Shown here: positions 38,659 to 53,290 of the stretch, in pieces
How the letters are laid out: every line of letters begins with the position of its first letter
How positions within the stretch are numbered: the stretch's first letter is position 1
NCBI GenBank assembly: GCA_951406725.2
Contig: OX597829.1
Span: 31,682,001 to 31,746,000 of the forward strand
DNA length: 64,000 bases
Direction of reading: 5' to 3'
Source of the DNA: Octopus vulgaris
Taxonomy: Eukaryota
Position numbers and translations under genes: made by a program
The notes under the pieces: model-generated
Databases searched by the model: none
The model's input: only the letters and a program-made list of their open reading frames with translations
What the model was told of the DNA's origin: nothing

Positions 38659-40089
38659 TATATGACAGGCTTCTTTCAGTTTCCTTCTAACAAATCCATT
38701 CACAAAGCTTCGGTTGGCCCACGGCTATAGCAGAAGACACTTGTCCTAGGTGCCATGCAGTGGACTGAACCCAGAACCGTGTGGTTGGGAAGCAACCACA
38801 GAGCCTGTGTCTATACATACACACACTCACACACACACACACACATACAGGTGTATATATAAAAATAGATTTGGATGCTTAATTTTTGAAATTTTTATTT
38901 CACTTGGGCTTGTTGCAACAATTTGTCGTGCCAAGCAATTGAGACTTTGAAGATGTGGAGTTTTATTTCCAGCAAGACTGAACACTCCCACACTAAAAAT
39001 AGCAGCCAAATGCTCTTTCTAATGTCAACCAATTCACAGAGTATACTGGATGCTTTTGGTGGGAAAAAAGCACTAGTAAGATTGCCATGTAATTCACATG
39101 ACCAAAGAGCTCCCTTGACAGAGAAGTACAGTAGACAAGGAGTTGACTTCATGTGAGATATTAAAAGGTTAAAGAATGATTGGAGGGGAAAGAAGAGATT
39201 TGTTGTAGTGGAGAAGATGCAAGTTATCCTATGTTACTTGTGGGTGAGTGGAAGTAAATGAGGTGGAGCTGAAAATAGAAACAAAAGATGGCAGTGACAA
39301 AGTGTCAGAGCATACACTCAAAGTACAAGAAGAAGAATAGAAGATAACATGAAGGCAAAATGATAGCCACTAACTTCTGTCATATGAGTTTAGTTTCAGT
39401 TTGGGTTTTTTTGGCTCTAAAACCCCTAAAAACAGACGTAGAGAACTGAAATTTTCATGTAGCTTAGACATAGAGCTTTACAAAAAGGTACAGTATGCCA
39501 AGATCAGATGACGATCAAGGTGTATGCAAATACGCGCAGGAGTGGCTGTGTGGTAAGTAGCTTGCTAACCAGCCACATGGTTCTGGGTTCAGTCCCACTG
39601 CGTGGCATCTTGGGCAAGTGTCTTCTGCTATAGCCCCGGGCCGACCAATGCCTTGTGAGTGGATTTGGTAGACGGAAACTGAAAGAAGCCTGTCGTATAT
39701 ATGTATATATATATATATATATGTGTGAGTGTTTGTGTGTCTGTGTTTGTCCCCCTAGCATTGCTTGACAACCGATGCTGGTGTGTTTACATCCCCGTCA
39801 CTTAGCAGATCGACAAAAGAGACCGATAGAATAAGTACTGGGCTTACAAAGAATAAGTCCCGGGGTCGATTTGCTCGACTAAAGGCGGTGCTCCAGCATG
39901 GCCACAGTCAAATGACTGAAACAAGTAAAAGAGTAAATATTGAAATGAACAAATGAAATTAAACATTAGCTTTTTGGTCAATATACACCTTATTTACTGT
40001 ACAAAAAGTATTAAATGAATCAAAAAGGTATAGTATAGTATAAGTATCATGCCAAGATCTGCTGATGATTAAGGTGTACTAATCTAGCT

Positions 40090-40680
40090 GAGCATTCTCC
40101 ATCACCTTGATATGATGCTGGTTGCCTTTCATAAACATCAGCCTCTCAGAGTTATCATCTGCAGCACTGGCTGGGATTGCAGTGTTATACTTGGTAAACA
40201 GGTCGATCAAGACCTGCTCACCCAAAAAAGGCAACTTCAGTCAGGACCGCCTTCAAGATGGCCTCTAGCCAGGTCTTCACCAAATTCTGCACTTTGGATT
40301 TCAGTGACCTGTGGCTTCTGCTCTCCCAGAACCAAGTGATGTTGCTGAAGAAATCATCTTCATCTTTATTGCTGGTGGTGCTGCTCTCCTCATTGGTCTC
40401 CATTATAGCTATCTCTACTATGGTCTCCATGGTGTTCATTACTCTGCTAACCTAGCTGTTATTATTCTGCTCCAGCCAGAACAGGTGAAACTTGAGGGGG
40501 AAGGTAATGGCCACCTGGTACTCCAGGTCTTCTAGGAAGAACCCAAACCATTTTGTGATGCCTGCCAGTATCATGTCTACAGGAGATGTTTGAACTTGGC
40601 TTCCTTCAACTTCATGACAGTAGATAAGCCTGGTACTCCCCCTGGATTTTATCCAAGGTCTTGACAACATTAGACATCAC
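40090..40680 (-). mobile_element. hAT transposase C-terminal remnant
   Basis: Minus strand VAITFPLKFHLFWL ... LIDLFTKYNTAIPASAA ... DDNSERLMFMKGN, resembling the hAT dimerisation domain with the VERLFS block deleted. Confidence 0.6.
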
Positions 40681-43600
40681 CTTTGATTTCACTTGCCTCA
40701 ATAGGTCTTTGCAAGCAAGGTTTATTGTCCAATGAATGAGGGGTACTCATAAGTGGGCTGGTTACACCCCACACTCTGATGTGCTTTTAACGTTCCACTG
40801 GCACTAGTGCCAATCAGGTGGTACTGTCATCAGCCTTCATCCTCCAGCTGAACAAAAATGCCTTCACCTTCCATAAGAATAAGCAATAACTTGATATGCT
40901 GATAACTGCTGTTGCTGACACTGTAAGTTTGTCTGTAATGTGATAACGTCATAAGTGAACACAACTCAAAACTACAGAATTACACAAAGCTCCTCAGCTA
41001 GCTGCTACTGTGTTGACCAATCACATTTACACATGTACATGTAGTCAGCTAATATCACACCTTAGGGACTCTTTGAGACATGCCCACAATATACAATAGC
41101 AAACGTATGAATTTTGTTTGTGGACTTACAGTTAACAGAATTTTAAAGTTAGTGGAACATTATAATCGTTTAATTAAATTTCATTGTCAATAGTAACTTT
41201 ATTGTAAATTTTTAGGAAAAGTGTTTTGGTATTAAATTCTCTCCAACAGCAAATTATACTAAAATTTATATTATAATAATTATATTACTTTCCAATATCA
41301 ACAAGTACAGGCCTCAAACTTAGAGGTTTAAGCGATTAAATCACCCCTTAACATAAGCAAGCCCTATGATATCCACCCACTGACAGACGAAAGCAAAGTG
41401 GAACTCAGTGGGATTTGAACTCAGAACACAGACATCAGTAACCAAAACAGATGCAATACCGATTCTCCCAACAATTATGACTTCATGAAGGCAGCAAACT
41501 GGCAGAAACGTTAGCACACTGGGCGAAATGCTTAGCAGTATTTCATCTGTCTTTACATTCTGAGTTCAAATTCCACCGAGTTCGACTTTTGCCTTTCATC
41601 ATTTCAGGGTCGATAAATTAAGTACCAGTTGTGTACAACAGGTGATAGGGCTGCTTCACCTATTGTAGAGAGCACATCTAGTGTTAGGGTTGCCAGCTGT
41701 TCATCTATCTCAAGTAGGAGTATTGTGGTTCCTTGTTCTTCTGCTTGGGTAGATGCTCAGCTGGGCAGGGGAAATCTGTCATCCTATTGTTCTCATAGGT
41801 TAGGTTTCCTTCTGTGCTGCTCTAGAACTATATCTAGGCACGAATCGCACTAGAGCTGGGGAGATAGAGTTGGGTAGGGGTGATGCCGATCGTAGATATA
41901 GATAGTAGGTAGATTGGGGAAGTACATATTGTACATAGCTAAGGAACCAAATATAGATATCTAAAATGAGCAGCTCCACTTAGAATAATACCAACTTACA
42001 TCCATATTACACATTACCTTTTAAAATGTAGGTTTAGCTGAGGCCCCTTCCCACCTTGGCCTTTTCTAAAGGCAGTATTGACATTGAGTAGACATTCTTG
42101 GACAAGTGAAAATGAATTCATTTACCTAGTGACATCACTAGAACCAAATACAACAGAAAGCAAAGCAATGGAGAGCTGCCATGACATATACTCAACAGCC
42201 ATTGACTTCTACCAACTGCAATGGAAGACAGGCATCAATGGAAGCTTGTTTTAATGAAACCCCACTAACATTGATCCCATGATCAGATGAAACTCCACAA
42301 GACTCAAACTATTGTGTTCAATGGAGATTTTAATGGCCTAACCGGAGATATTATAGGGTCCTCATTCTCAAAGAGGCCTGTTGAAGGTTGCTCCAGCAAT
42401 TCATGTAAGTGTAATATATATTTACACTGGTAGGATGATAAAAAGATGAGTGGAAGAAAGGCAGGGAAGGAGGAGAGATGAGATAAAAAGTATTGATAGC
42501 AAACAAAATGTGCGAAAATGTAGATGAAGCAGTTCACTTGATACAAGGAGAGCCTTCAACTGGGGTCAATCAAGGAACCCCACAGATCCAGGATAAGCCT
42601 GACCACAAAAGGGCTAAGCCATTGGCCACCTGTTGTTTTCCAATCTGCAGGTGTATGCTTAGAGTACTATTCACCCTAATAACTTTTACCACAGTCACCA
42701 ATTTTGAGAGATAAGCTGGAGGAGAGCACTTTCATCTCCAGCCTCACTTTTCTTTCTCTGTGGAGCTTCTAAAAGGGAATGTGGCTCAGCCAAGGAGCAA
42801 GATATCTGTACTCAATCTTTTAAGCCTGATCCACCACAAAAATAACAAATAATGATAATCACAATAATGATGATGATAATACTCTTCAAAATGCTTTTTT
42901 TTTTTCAGTGATTGATTATGGTACTTTTAACAGCCATGAACTTAACCAAATGAAAAGAAAGACAGACATCACAATGACCTCATTATCAAAGAAATTTGAT
43001 GACAATGATGTTATCAAAGCTACCCAACAATTTCTGAAAGTGTCTACATTTACTAACAAATATTTGTACAATAAAAATATACATATCAACATTCTTGTTT
43101 TTCTTCAGTCATTGGTCTATAATATTGCTGGGTGACTGGCCTGAAGTGTTATTTAGTTGATGAAATCGATCCCACTACATATTTTAAGTCAGGTTTTTAT
43201 TAATCTGTTTTGTTTTTTTGTTTTTTTTGAAGCTGCTAATTTGGAGGGATGAACAGAAACCAACACAGTGAGAGATAGGGGTGCATGCCTGCACACACAC
43301 ACACACACACACATTCACTCACAAACATACAACTCCTTTCACTAAAGTAAATCCTCAGAAGAATTCCCCCTATTCTTCTCCAAATTTTGTGGACTTCATT
43401 CTAATCTAGATCTCACTCAAAGTCTTATACCCACACACAAGCCATACATCCTATTCTTCTCAGACACCAATCACCAACCCATCTCACTGGTACAGGCTAT
43501 ACTTTCTATTTTATGTCACCCTGATAGGTGGTGTCTGTGCTTACATAGACACCTCTCTTACCTGCTACTCACCTTTCTCACTTGCATATCATTAGTATTG

Positions 43601-43821
43601 ACACCCAGCTACTCTGTATCACAGCCTCCCACCATTACCCCTCAAATTGAGTTTGTACCCTGTGATGCTCTCCTAACATCTCAAACTACCAGCATCTCTC
43701 TGATCACATATATCACTTCAGGGTATATGCCTTACTTCAACCTCCTCTGAATTCATTGGTGACATCAACATTCACCCTTACTTGTGGCTCTCTCATTCCT
43801 TTATACGTATGTTCATTTATA

Positions 43822-43872
<51 letters not shown>

Positions 43873-46454
43873 TCATCATCATCATCATCATCATTTAACG
43901 TCCGCTTCCCATGCTAGCATGGGTTGGACGATTTGACTGAGGGCTGGCGAACCAGATGGCTGCACCAGGCTTCAATCTTGATCTGGCATAGTTTCTACAG
44001 CTCAATGCCCTTCCTAATGCCAACCACTTCGAGAGTGTAGTGGGTGCTTTTACGTGTCACCAGCATGGGGGCCAGTCAGGTGGTGCTGGCAACGACCTCA
44101 CTCAAATCTTTCTACACATGCCACTGGCACAGGTGCTAGTAAGGCGATGCTGGTAACAATCACGCTCAAATGGTGCCTTTTACATGCCACCAGCACGGAG
44201 GTCAGTTAGCCTCTCTGGCAATGATCACACTCGGATGGTGCTCTTAGCACCCTACTAGCATGGGGCTTAAGTGCCAGTAAGGCAACGCTGGTAACGATCA
44301 CGCTGGAATGATGTCTTTTATGTGCCGCTGGCACGGAAGCCGGTTAGCCACTCTGTCAACGATCACACTCGTATGGTGCTCTTTGCACCCCGCTAGCATG
44401 GATGCCAGTCATCAAATATATGAGCAAATATTCAAACGTTTACATTCAAAATAAGATATTACTATTGTTAATATTATCTATGGTAAATATTAGTAATATA
44501 GTCATGCAAAATGCACCTTTTGAGCATTGGGACTCATAGAAGCAATGACAAATGACTGAGACCTTTGGCAATATACTGTGCTTGAGAAGAAAACCCATCA
44601 AAGCAGAGTTGATAACATCATTGTCATCTTTGTAGATAATGGTGTCACACAACTGGCATCCATGCCGGTGGTATGCAATGGCATCCATTTCACTCTCAGA
44701 ATAGTTGATATTAGGAATGGCATGTAGCCATAGAAACCATGCCAAATCAGACTGGAGCCTAGTGTAGGCCCTCATCTTTCCAGTCCTAGTCAAACCATCC
44801 AACCCATGCCAGCAAGGACATCAGACATTAAATGATGATGATGATGATGATCCATCTATATATCATCATCATCATCATCATCATTGTTTAACGTCCATCT
44901 TCCATGCATGGATAGGACAAACATCCATCATAAGTGAATGAAACTATCAAGGGTCATTTAAATAAATCTAAATTATTGGCTACCCACAAAACGTTTGGAA
45001 CTGCATGTGCCAAAAATAATAAACCATAGATTGACCAATTTGATTTGTTGCAATTACAAGAATTGAATGACACAATCCTGAAAACAAGGTGACTATGTAC
45101 TCAAATCATTTAGGTGCCTTTGTTCAACAACAATAGCAAAATCAAAAGAATGTCTTGGTGGACCTAGTTGGGCAATTCTATTGCAACTGTATCCAAGAGC
45201 AAAGATTGAAGGTAAGGCTAAAAAAATTATTTTGAAAATGTATTTAATTAACTACATAGCTTATAGAATATGGAATCATGATTAGCTATACATTACCATT
45301 GTGAAGAAGGGTTTGGTATCAAAACTGAGAGGGGGAAAATATTACCAGCTTCTATAGTACAGAATAGTAAATTTACTGCACTGCATCATCATCATCATCA
45401 TCATTCAGCGTCCGCTTTCCATGCTAGCATGGGTTGGACGGTTCAACTGGGGTCTGTGAAGCCGGAAGGCTTCATCAGGCCCAGTTTGATCTGGCAGTGT
45501 TTCTACAGCTGGATACCCTTCCTAGCACCAACCACTCCGTGAGTGTAGTGGGTGCTTTTTACGTGCCACCCGCACAGGAGCCAGACGGAGCTGGCAAACG
45601 GCCACGAATGGATGGTGCTTTTTACGTGCCACCTGCACGGGGGCCAGGCGAGGCTGGCAACGGCCACGATCGGATGGTGCTTTTTACGTGCCAGGCGAGG
45701 CTGGCAACAGCCACGAACGGATGGTGCTTTTACGTGCCACCGGCACGGAGGCCAGGCGAGGCTGGCAATGGCCACGAACGGATGGTGCTACATGTCACAG
45801 GCATGGGGGCCAGGCAAGGCTGGCAACGGACACGAACGGATGGTGCTTTTACGTGCCACCGGCACGGAGGCCAGTCGGGTCGGCGCTGGCAATGGCCACG
45901 ATCAGATGGTTCGCTTACTTGTCACCAGCACTAGTACCACAGCTGCAATTTCCATTGATGTTGATCGACTTCGATTTTGGTTCTGCTTTCTGATATCTGA
46001 TTTGATTTGGTTTGATTTTGATTTTGATTTTGATTTTGATTTTTGATTTTCACTTGCCTCAACGGGTCTTCATTCTGAAAATGAATTCCAGCTAAGCAAT
46101 TTTTTAACTTAATACAGTTTAGTAAATTCAGCTTGTTCAGTTGTCACAATATTCCTCTGACACTACGAGACAAATTATAAACAAAATTGCTATATATTTT
46201 GATTAGACATTTATAAGGGTCAGTTAGTCACTAATGTTATCTGTAGTGCTGATGATTCCACCTACACCTCTTTTCACTCACCACAAGAATATAATTCGAT
46301 AAAACATTTTCTCATGGAGCTTACATTGCCTTCCATGACAACAACTGAATGGGTTCACTGCTCCCCAACAGTCTGAATAACACTTTCAACTGCATTCCCT
46401 CACTTCTTTTAGCACTACACCACAATATATATACATGTGTGTGTATGTAAAAAG

Positions 46455-47040
46455 GTTGAATTAAATCTTGTCCTTTAATTTGGAAGATTCAAAAAAAAGA
46501 TTTCTAATATTCCAAAAAAAGATTTCTAATATAGACTCTTCATATTTTCCTGGTAGCTTACTGGCATAAGTTTGCAAATATGAAAACAGCACTTGTATAT
46601 GGTGTGTTATGTGAATTTATGGAAAGGAATCCCATGAAACTCAACAAATTTGTTAAAAATGGAAAAGAGATGTTAAAATGTAAAAGAACTTTAATTCATG
46701 CAGACGATCGTGTCGAACAGCAATATTAAAATCATGCAAATTCATGGTTGAATAGAAATAATTAAATTAATTTAATTAAATCAAAGTATCACATATATCA
46801 CTGTTCTCTTCAGTGCAAGAAGTATAAACAAAAAAATCTTTTTTACAAAGGACTTGGTAAAGAAAATAGCAGAGAATAATTTCGAATATTGATATTTATC
46901 CTCATGAGAATGTTTTCTCACAAGTATTATTTTCATATTTGCAAACTTATGCCAGTAAGCTACCAGCAAAATATGAAGAGTCTATATTAGAAGTCTTTTT
47001 TGGAATCCTCCAAATTAAAGGATGAAATATAATTCAAACT
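46455..47040. mobile_element. MITE-like element with ~130-bp terminal inverted repeats
   Basis: ttctaatatagactcttcatattt...ggtagcttactggcataagtttgcaaatatgaaaa mirrored at 46930-47040. Confidence 0.7.
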
Positions 47041-47055
47041 TCTTATATATATATA

Positions 47056-47448
47056 CGAGCAAAACGCCCCTCCCCCCCCCTCGAATGGACGGTGCTGAGT
47101 TGTCAAACATTTAAACCAAATTTTCTCAAAATAACTTGTCCGACTGTTCCATACCCCCCCCCCCCCTTTGAGAAACACTGATTTAACCTAAATTTGAGAC
47201 ACCAGCAAAAGAAGAAATAAAGATAGACTTTTTTCTATTCCAAGGAAAACGATTTTACAAATGCACGTTCCCACGGCTTTATCAATCGCATTCTCACCTG
47301 GAATCAATTTTTGTAATTTTTTCAAAACTTATACACTCCCTGATACCGTCGGTATCTATATATCAAATTTGAGTGCAATCGGATGGAGGACACCCAAGAT
47401 CCTAGAAGACACACATACAGATAGACAGAATAGATTTTATATAATAGA
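47056..47448 (-). mobile_element. Probable non-autonomous Helitron (second family)
   Basis: Minus strand starts A|TCTATTATATAAAA and ends GC-rich ...gggcgttttgCTCG|T. Confidence 0.5.
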
Positions 47449-47465
47449 TGTGTGTGTGTGTGTAT

Positions 47466-48348
47466 ATGAGGAGGTACCCAAAAGTAATCAGAAACGTTCT
47501 CCGTTGGACAAGCCCATTATAGTTCAGGCTTCCACCACTAGTAGCCACTTGAGACAAACCTCAAGCATCAGCCTGCTGAACAGCAGCATTGAGTGGGGTC
47601 GTGCTGTCATGTTTTGCAGTGTTTCTCCAATGTTTGTGATTTTTGTGATTGCTGAAACAAAGGAACACCGTGCTTCCATGAAATTCTGTTTTCTGCTGGG
47701 GGAAACGGCAACCAAACAGTTATCATTCATGCTTCAAACAGCTTATGAGGACACTGCCATGAGCAAAACAAAAGTTTACCAGTGGTTTTCACGCTTTAGG
47801 ACCGGTCACTTGTTACTTGAAGACCAGCCTCATTCAAGGCAACCTTCAGCCTCCTGAACAAATGAAAACATCACAAAAATTCATGAACTGATCCTGGAAG
47901 TCTGTCACCAAACAATTGATGAACTTGTAGATATGACTGGTGTGTCCTTGAGCTCCTGCCAATGAATTTTGAATGAGGAACTGTGAATGAAAAGAGTTGC
48001 AGCAAAATTTGTGCCCTACTTGCTTACAGAAGATCAAAAGCAGTCACAACTGAATATGTGTCTTGAACTGAGAAAACAGCTGGAAGTTGATCCAGACCTT
48101 TTTTTGAAGGTCATCACTGGTGACAAGTGCTGGTGCTATGGAATCTACAGATTTGCAAGAGGTGAAGAAAAAATGACAGAGCTATTAAAAGGCATCATTT
48201 CGCAAGAGTTCCAGCACTGCTTTGAACAGTAGGTAATGCTTCTGAACTGATGCATTGCTTCAAATGGACAATACATTCAAGGCAATAAAAGTGTAAACTG
48301 AGTGAATAAAATAACATGCAAAATTCTGGTTTCTTTTGGGTATCTCCA
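47466..48348 (+). mobile_element. Internally deleted mariner; related fragments at 55640-56250(+) and 63628-63850(-)
   Basis: EHRASMKFCFLLG...KVYQWFSRFR; MKRVAAKFVPYLLT; KVITGDKCWCYG; termini gaggtacccaaaag / cttttgggtatctc. Confidence 0.8.
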
Positions 48349-48680
48349 TGTGTGTATACAAACACAGTCATTATGCGAGGTGTACAGATTCTCAATATAG
48401 AAAACATGTACTAGCTCACTAATGATTTGAACTTAATCTCCAAAGTCTTAAAGAGTGGCTATAAGAGAAAATCAGGTGAGCTGATATGGAGATAGTTATG
48501 CAGATAACCACAATTAAACTTGATGTATATAAATATACATATATACATCATCATCAACATTGTTTAACATCCGTCTTCCATGCAGGCATATTATTGAGGT
48601 AGTCTGCAGAAGGACCTCATAGAATTGGTCCTTCTAGTCATTAGTCAGCCCAGCCTGTGGAACATAGGCAGAGACAAATG

Positions 48681-49250
48681 TATTGGGTTGTCCAGAAAGT
48701 TCGTACAGATTTATAGTAGCTTGCATTTCGACTTATTTTAGAACATGGTTGAGTCCATAAAATAGGATTTGACTACACTTTCATTTAGAGCACAGTTTAA
48801 GCTATCTTTTTGTGGAAGAAGGTTTATGTTCCTACAACCTGTGTTAATTCTGTAACCCTTTAAAATGGAAGATAAGAAAGTTCATTTTCGGCACTTGATG
48901 CTTTGGGAACCAGGGAAAAATTGCTGTAGCTTGGCTAGGATGTGTTACCCCACCCTCCATATTCACCAGATATTGCTCCTTTGGATTTCCACTTATTCAG
49001 GTCTCTGCAGAATAGTCTTAATGGTAAAAATTTCAATTCTTTGGATGACGTAAAAAGATACCTTGATGAATTCTTTGCCATGAAACCACCTCAATTCTGG
49101 GAAGAGGGTATTTTCAAGTTAAAGGAAAGATGGAGATGCATTGGGCAACAAAATGGTTCATATTTAATTGATTAAAAATGTAATGGCAAGTATTTATTGA
49201 ACTTTTTCTTTCCTTTATAAATCGGCACAAACTTTCCAGACAACCCAATA
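48681..49250 (+). mobile_element. Internally deleted mariner with both TIRs
   Basis: tattgggttgtccagaaagtt / aactttccagacaacccaata; MEDKKVHFRH joined almost directly to LPHPPYSPDIAPLDFHLFRSLQN. Confidence 0.9.
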
Positions 49251-49261
49251 ACTATTAATCT

Positions 49262-49560
49262 ATTTATGATAGGTCCCAACTTCACAACCCAATCACATAC
49301 TCTGACTAACTCAGTTACCTTGTCTACCCATTTTTCTGCTAAGAGTATGCCCACACCATCCACTTCATCACTCCTGCCTACCCAGAAGAATTTCAACATC
49401 TGTTTCTCACCTGTGAGGAATCTAGCAGAGGCCCCCCTCCCATTGCTTCATCATTTCAATAGTCTCACTTGATCTTCCCTCCATTGTACCAACATTGATG
49501 ATCGCTGCCCTAAAATTGTGTATTTGAAGGGGACAATGGGAAGGTAGTTGTTGTGGGGCT
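49262..49560 (-). mobile_element. RTE LINE AP-endonuclease fragment
   Basis: INVGTMEGRSSE...KFFWVG...DGVGILLAEKWVDKV.ELVRVCD. Confidence 0.75.
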
Positions 49561-51201
49561 TTTGTCAATACCTGAAAAGATCTGCACAAATGCTTGCCAG
49601 ATAGCATAGAGCCTGGTACATCATGTATTCAATTCAGTGAGGTACAATTTCCCCATTCCCATACAGCATCCAGATTAAGGGACAGTAATGAGAGGGGTAA
49701 AGAGGGCGTGAAAGTAGTCTTATATGTCTATATATATATACATATACACAGTATATGTATATATTCAGAAAATCATCATCATCATCATTGTTTAACGTCC
49801 GCTTTCCATGCTAGTATGGGTTGGACAATTTGACTGAGGTCTGGTGAACCAGATGGCTGCACCAGACTCCAATCTGATCTAGCAGAGTTTCTACAGCTGG
49901 ATTCTCTTCCTAACACCAACCACTCCGAGAGTGTAGTGGGTACTTTTACGTGCCACCGGCACGAGGGCCAGACAGGTGGTACTGGCAACAGCCACGCTCA
50001 AATGATGCTTTTTACGTGCCACCTGCGCAGGAGCCAGTCCAGTGGCACTGGCAACAACCTCGCTTGAATGTTTTTTCCCTGTATCCCCAGCACAAATGCC
50101 AGTAAGGTGACGCAGGTAATGATCATGCTCGAATGGTGCTTTTTACATGCCATCAGCACAGAGACCAGCTTATTGCTCTGACAACAATCATGCTCGTATG
50201 GTACTCTTAGCGCTCCACTAGCACGGATGCCAGTCATCGAATTTGATTTTGATATACAAGCAAATAGATATTTATGTGCCACCACTGTAGATGCTAGCCT
50301 AGTGGAAACATGGTGTTATTACCCAGCATTTACATACTACATTATAGTGTAAACAGAAAGTATCAAGTGGACTGAGTTAAGAGACAATTGCAAGTTTCTC
50401 TACCAGCGATGGGCTTAGAATTTATCCCTATTGTGGCCCAGTTCATATCATCAAAGAAAAAAATGGATGAGACATAACTGAACAGCAGAACTCTCTGAAA
50501 AACCAACTTTCTTCTCAACAGCAGTTTGTCTTCTATTTTCATTAATGAAACAGTGAATTTTAAGTTCCTTAAAACCTTTTCATAACCATTTTTTTAATGA
50601 AACACACTAATTTACTCTTTACTCTTTTACTTGTTTCAGTCATTTGATCGCAGCCATGCAGGAACACCGCCTTTAGTTGAGGAAATCGACCCCTGGACTT
50701 ATTCTTTGTGAGCCTAGTACTTATTCTATCGGTCTCTTTTGCCGAACCGCTAAGTTACCGGGACATAAACACACCAGCATCAGTTGTCAAGCGATGTTGG
50801 GAGAGACAAACAAAGACACATAAACACATACACACATATATATAAACATATATACAACAGGGTTCTTTCAGTTTCCGTCTACCAAATTCACTCACAAGGC
50901 TTGGTCGGCTCGAGGATGCCCAAGTTGCCACGCAGTGGGAATGAACCCGGAACCATGTGGTTGGTAAGCAAGCTACTTACCACTCCTGCTTCTATTAAAT
51001 TGGATTGCCATCAGAGATTTTAAGGGATATAGAAGTGTGTAACTTCGTATATATTGAAGTTTAAAAAAGAAATTTAAAATGAACCATAGCTTTTTGGTTT
51101 GTTTGTATGCATGTTTTCTTTTTGAGAAGAATCTCCAAACAATGAATTTCTACAAAACAATGGTTTCTAAATAATTCCATCACTGGAACCAATACTATGA
51201 A

Positions 51202-51241
<40 letters not shown>

Positions 51242-51684
51242 TATTATGCAAAATTTAATTTAGATTCACTTGAATAAGATACTTAAATTGAGGCACCTTG
51301 TTAGGACAAACTAATTTGCACACTCAGACAATATCAGGTAAGTCTCAAACACTATGCAGAATTCCCCTTGATATTCCCCACCTGATATTCTTGCAGTGTA
51401 TGCAGATAACACGTCCTAACTCAGTGAATAAATCTACTCTTGTTTGTTCAGACATGTACTTTATATAAATCAACTGGATGTCTTATAAAACTATTCCGCA
51501 CATACAATAACAGCCATTCCAACAATCCAACACACCTCTATCATCAGCTACTCCACAGATATCTTATGGAAAGACACTTTCCATAATACTTCCAAAGTGC
51601 AGATTCCAGGTGAGTAAAATATGAGTAACAAAGACATTTAAGTGTCCATAATGAACTGACACTTATACATCTTTGTTACTCGTT

Positions 51685-51685
<1 letters not shown>

Positions 51686-51735
<50 letters not shown>

Positions 51736-51756
51736 ATGTATGTATGTATGTATGTA

Positions 51757-51800
<44 letters not shown>

Positions 51801-51997
51801 CGCGTGCGTGCGTGCGTGCGTGTGTGTGTGTGTATACAGGGTGTCCCAAAAAAATGTATACACATAGCGGTTCGGCAAAAGAGAACGATAGAATAAGTAC
51901 TAGGCTTACAAAGAATAACAAATTTACAATTATTTAAGGTGTGTATACATTTTTGGGGGACACCATGTATGTATGTATGTATGTATGTATGTATGTA

Positions 51998-52086
<89 letters not shown>

Positions 52087-52359
52087 GTGTATGTATGTAT
52101 GTATGTATGTATGTGTGTGTGTGTATGTATGTATGCATGTATGTATGTATGTATGTATGTATGTATGTGTGTATGTATGTATGTATGTATGTATGTGTAT
52201 GTATGTATGTATGTATGTATGTATGTGTGTGTGTATGTATGTATGTATGTATGTATGTATGTATGTATGTATGTATGAATGTATGTATGTGTGTATGTAT
52301 GTGTGTATGTATGTATGTGCATATGTATGTGTGTGTATGTATGTATGTATGTATGTATG

Positions 52360-52388
<29 letters not shown>
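51686..52388. repeat. (GT)n/(GTAT)n compound microsatellite with an embedded 131-bp MITE (51837-51967)
   Basis: TA|cagggtgtcccaaaaaaatgtatacac ... gtgtatacatttttgggggacaccatg|TA. Confidence 0.85.
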
Positions 52389-52390
<2 letters not shown>

Positions 52391-52631
52391 TAAAATGTGT
52401 AAAAGCTTGACCGGGCCTAAAAGTCATATAATGGCAACAATCATGAATCATTTCTGTAAATCTTCTTGGCAAGGGCTTTTCTTGTGTAAGGAAGATGCTC
52501 CTGTGTGATGTACACACACACATACACACATTAATCACAGAGAGAAAGTTATTAAGTAATAGGTAAATTTAATCAAATTAGTCATGTTCAGAGTGGTTTC
52601 AACAACTTTCAGAAAGACGACCAAAATATAC

Positions 52632-52696
<65 letters not shown>

Positions 52697-53223
52697 GTGC
52701 ATATATGCATGAATGTATGTATGCATAGGAGTGGCTGTGTGGTAAGTAGCTTGCTAACCAGCCACATGGTTCTGGGTTCAGTCCCACTGTTCTGGGTTCA
52801 CTGCTATAGCACCGGGCCGACCAATGCCTTGTGAGTGAATTTGGTAGGCGGAAACTGAAAGAAGCCTGTGGTATATATGTATATATATATGTATGTATAT
52901 GTTTGTGTGTCTGTGTTTGTCCCTCTAGCATTGCTTGACAACCGATGCTGGTGTGTTTACGTCCCCGTCACTCAGCGGTTCGGCAAAAGAGACCGATAGA
53001 ATAAGTACTGGGCTTACAAAGAATAAGTCCCGGGGTCGATTTGCTCGACTAAAGGCGGTGCTCCAGTATGGCCGCAGTCGAATGACTGAAACAAGTAAAA
53101 GAGTAAAAGAGTATGTATGTATGTATGTATGTATGTATGTATGTATGTATGTATGTATGTACATACGTATGTATTTATGTATACAGACACACATACGCAC
53201 ATAATACCTGTAATTATACATAC

Positions 53224-53290
53224 CTTAGTTGTTCAGCTTTAGTTTTAGCTGGATGCTTCCTTGAGCTGTTTGTTTGAAAAAGTGCTCACG
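53224..53290 (-). other. DNAAF6: Candidate non-coding first exon of DNAAF6
   Basis: Non-repetitive sequence ending in AAG|GTATGT (donor 53223-53218), no ATG, next to an X-box; would splice to the acceptor at 24390 across a ~29 kb intron. 5' boundary is a guess. Confidence 0.55.

Noticed and set aside
41630-42830. Moderately GC-rich sequence with short ORFs
   Set aside because: Stops in the frames checked and no motif I could assign; probably old retroelement debris.
51638-52538. Long ORFs rich in YI/CV/HT (also 5330-6610, 25715-26118, 26891-27337, 28248-29248, 57804-58136)
   Set aside because: Translations of (TA)n, (CA)n and (TACA)n microsatellites, not genes.
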